Assembly (NCBI GenBank): GCA_902580505.1
Contig: CACHLB010000003.1
Span: 8,980 to 72,979 of the forward strand
Source of the DNA: an uncultured Pelagibacteraceae bacterium
GTDB taxonomy: Bacteria > Pseudomonadota > Alphaproteobacteria > Pelagibacterales > Pelagibacteraceae
DNA length: 64,000 nt
Reading direction: 5' to 3'
In this document: positions 62,204-64,000 of the stretch, piece after piece
Position numbering within the stretch: position 1 is the stretch's first letter
Layout: each line of letters opens with the position of its first letter
The notes under the pieces: generated by a model
What the model saw: the letters and a program-made list of their open reading frames with translations, nothing else
Database searches by the model: none
Told to the model about the DNA's origin: nothing
Made by a program: the position numbers and the translations under genes

Positions 62204-63403
62204 ATGAATTATTTTGAGAATAAAAAAATACTGTTAATTATATGTGGTGGAATTTCTGCTTACAAAAGTCTTGAGTTAATAAGATTATTTAAGAAAAATG
62301 GTGCTCGTGTAAAAACCATATTAACAAAAAATGCAAAAGAATTTGTAACTCCACTGTCTGTTTCGTCTCTTTCTCAAGAAAAAGTTTATGACGATATATT
62401 TAGTGCAGAGAACGAAGCTGAGATGGACCATATATCTTTATCAAGATGGGCTGATGCAGTATTAGTTGCACCAATTACAGCTAATACTATATCTAAAGTA
62501 GCCTCAGGAAATGCAGAAGATTTGGCGTCTACTGTTTTATTAGCCTCTAACAAACAAATATTTTTAGCACCAGCAATGAATGTAAGAATGTGGGAGCATC
62601 CTTCTACTAAAGAAAACATAATAAAATTAAAAAGCTTTGGATACAAAATTATTGGACCAGAGATAGGAGATATGGCATGTGGTGAATATGGAGAAGGAAA
62701 AATGACAGAACCAAATGAAATAGTCAATACGCTTAAAAATTATTTTTCTAATTTAGATAAAAATAAAAAATTAAAAGCTTTAGTTACTGCAGGACCAACT
62801 AATGAATATATTGATCCTGTAAGATTTATTACAAATAAATCCAGTGGCAAACAAGGATATGAAATAGCCAAATGTCTTAGAGACAATGGATTTGATACGA
62901 CACTTATTTCTGGAAAGACAAGCATTAAACCTTTGGACGGCGTTAATTTTGTAAGTGTTGAAACTGCTGAAGAGATGTTCAAAGAAAGTTTAAATAATCT
63001 ACCAACAGATGTAGCTATTTTTTCTGCAGCTGTTTCTGATTTTAAAGTGAAAAATTATAAAAGTACAAAGATTAAAAAGAATGAAGAATTTAACTTAGAG
63101 CTAGAAAAAAATATCGATATTTTAAATCATATATCTAATCACAATTCATTAAGACCAAAAATAACAATTGGTTTTGCAGCAGAAACAAACAATCTCTCGA
63201 CAAATGCAAAAGAGAAGTTGAATGAAAAAAATTGTGACTGGGTAATTGCAAATGATGTCTCAGATCAAACTATAGGATTTGGATCAGATTTTAATAAAAT
63301 TTCTATATTTTACAAAGATAAACCTGAAGAAAATTTTGAAAAGATGAGCAAATCATTGGTCGCTGAGGAAATAGTCAAAAGAATAATTCAACAGATTAAT
63401 TAA
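62204..63403 (+). CDS. coaBC: Phosphopantothenoylcysteine decarboxylase/ligase
   Basis: GGISAYKS, APAMNVRMW, ACGEYGEG, TAGPT, DPVRFITNKSSGKQG, GFAAET. Confidence 0.97.
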   Translation: MNYFENKKILLIICGGISAYKSLELIRLFKKNGARVKTILTKNAKEFVTPLSVSSLSQEKVYDDIFSAENEAEMDHISLSRWADAVLVAPITANTISKVASGNAEDLASTVLLASNKQIFLAPAMNVRMWEHPSTKENIIKLKSFGYKIIGPEIGDMACGEYGEGKMTEPNEIVNTLKNYFSNLDKNKKLKALVTAGPTNEYIDPVRFITNKSSGKQGYEIAKCLRDNGFDTTLISGKTSIKPLDGVNFVSVETAEEMFKESLNNLPTDVAIFSAAVSDFKVKNYKSTKIKKNEEFNLELEKNIDILNHISNHNSLRPKITIGFAAETNNLSTNAKEKLNEKNCDWVIANDVSDQTIGFGSDFNKISIFYKDKPEENFEKMSKSLVAEEIVKRIIQQIN

Positions 63404-63407
63404 CTTA

Positions 63408-63842
63408 ATGGTTAAAGTCTTAATTAAAAAATTAGACAAGAAAGTTAAACTGCCAGAATATAAAACAACAGGATCATCTGGACTAGATTTGACTGCATTC
63501 ATTGAAAAGAAAATAGTAATTAAACCGGGCGAAAACGCTTTAGTGCCAACAGGTATATCCATTGCAATACCTGAGGATACCGAAGTTCAGATCAGGCCGC
63601 GTTCAGGTTTAGCGGCTAAAAATAATATAAGTGTATTAAATACTCCTGGAACAATTGATAGTGACTATAGAGGAGAAATAAAAGTAATTTTATTTAACCA
63701 TGGAGATAAAGACTTTATAGTAAATAACGATGATAGAATTGCTCAAATGATACTAATGCCAATTCTAAAAGTAGATTTTGAAACTGTAGAAACTTTGCCT
63801 GAGACAATTAGAGGTTCGGGTGGATTTGGATCAACGGGTTAG
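63408..63842 (+). CDS. dut: dUTP diphosphatase
   Basis: [35 protein letters not shown]. Confidence 0.97.
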   Translation: MVKVLIKKLDKKVKLPEYKTTGSSGLDLTAFIEKKIVIKPGENALVPTGISIAIPEDTEVQIRPRSGLAAKNNISVLNTPGTIDSDYRGEIKVILFNHGDKDFIVNNDDRIAQMILMPILKVDFETVETLPETIRGSGGFGSTG

Positions 63843-64000
63843 TGAAAAATTCATTATCTAAACGAAAGCTTGAGAGATACTCTAGACAAATAATACTTAA
63901 GGATATTGGTATATTAGGACAAAAGAAAATAATTAATTCAAAAGTTTTAATTGTAGGAATTGGTGGATTAGGTAGTCCAGTTGCAGATTTGTTGGCTAGA
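63842..64000 (+). CDS. MoeB/ThiF/HesA family adenylyltransferase (3'-truncated)
   Basis: GTG start, then [36 protein letters not shown]; runs off the window. Confidence 0.88.
   Translation, partial: MKNSLSKRKLERYSRQIILKDIGILGQKKIINSKVLIVGIGGLGSPVADLLAR

Overview
A very AT-rich, tightly packed bacterial chromosome segment, with many genes abutting or overlapping. Gene content and order (aroK-aroB-bolA-J protein-cobS-cobT, regB, gltD-gltB, helicase-fdxA-carD, argH-lipoprotein-lysA, dnaA-rpsT-mutM-ubiE-ubiB-coaBC-dut) indicate a genome-streamlined alphaproteobacterium, most likely Pelagibacterales (SAR11); this assignment is an inference. The window is mostly core housekeeping: about 55 CDS and three tRNAs (Ser-GGA, Arg-ACG, Leu-CAA). 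I saw no transposase, integrase, prophage gene or CRISPR array. The best candidate for something undescribed is an unannotated 27-aa, 74%-basic histone/protamine-like gene (46719-46802) with its own promoter, RBS and terminator, convergent with a CarD carrying a ~110-aa Lys-rich N-terminal extension. Other notable items: a homodimeric pyruvate dehydrogenase E1 with an N-terminal lipoyl domain, co-transcribed with a Zn-motif-less butyrobetaine-type dioxygenase; a short GyrB with an unusual Toprim insert abutting a RegB with a variant H-box; a three-gene surface-sugar cassette beside tRNA-Ser; and two more small ORFs below the ORF-track cutoff.
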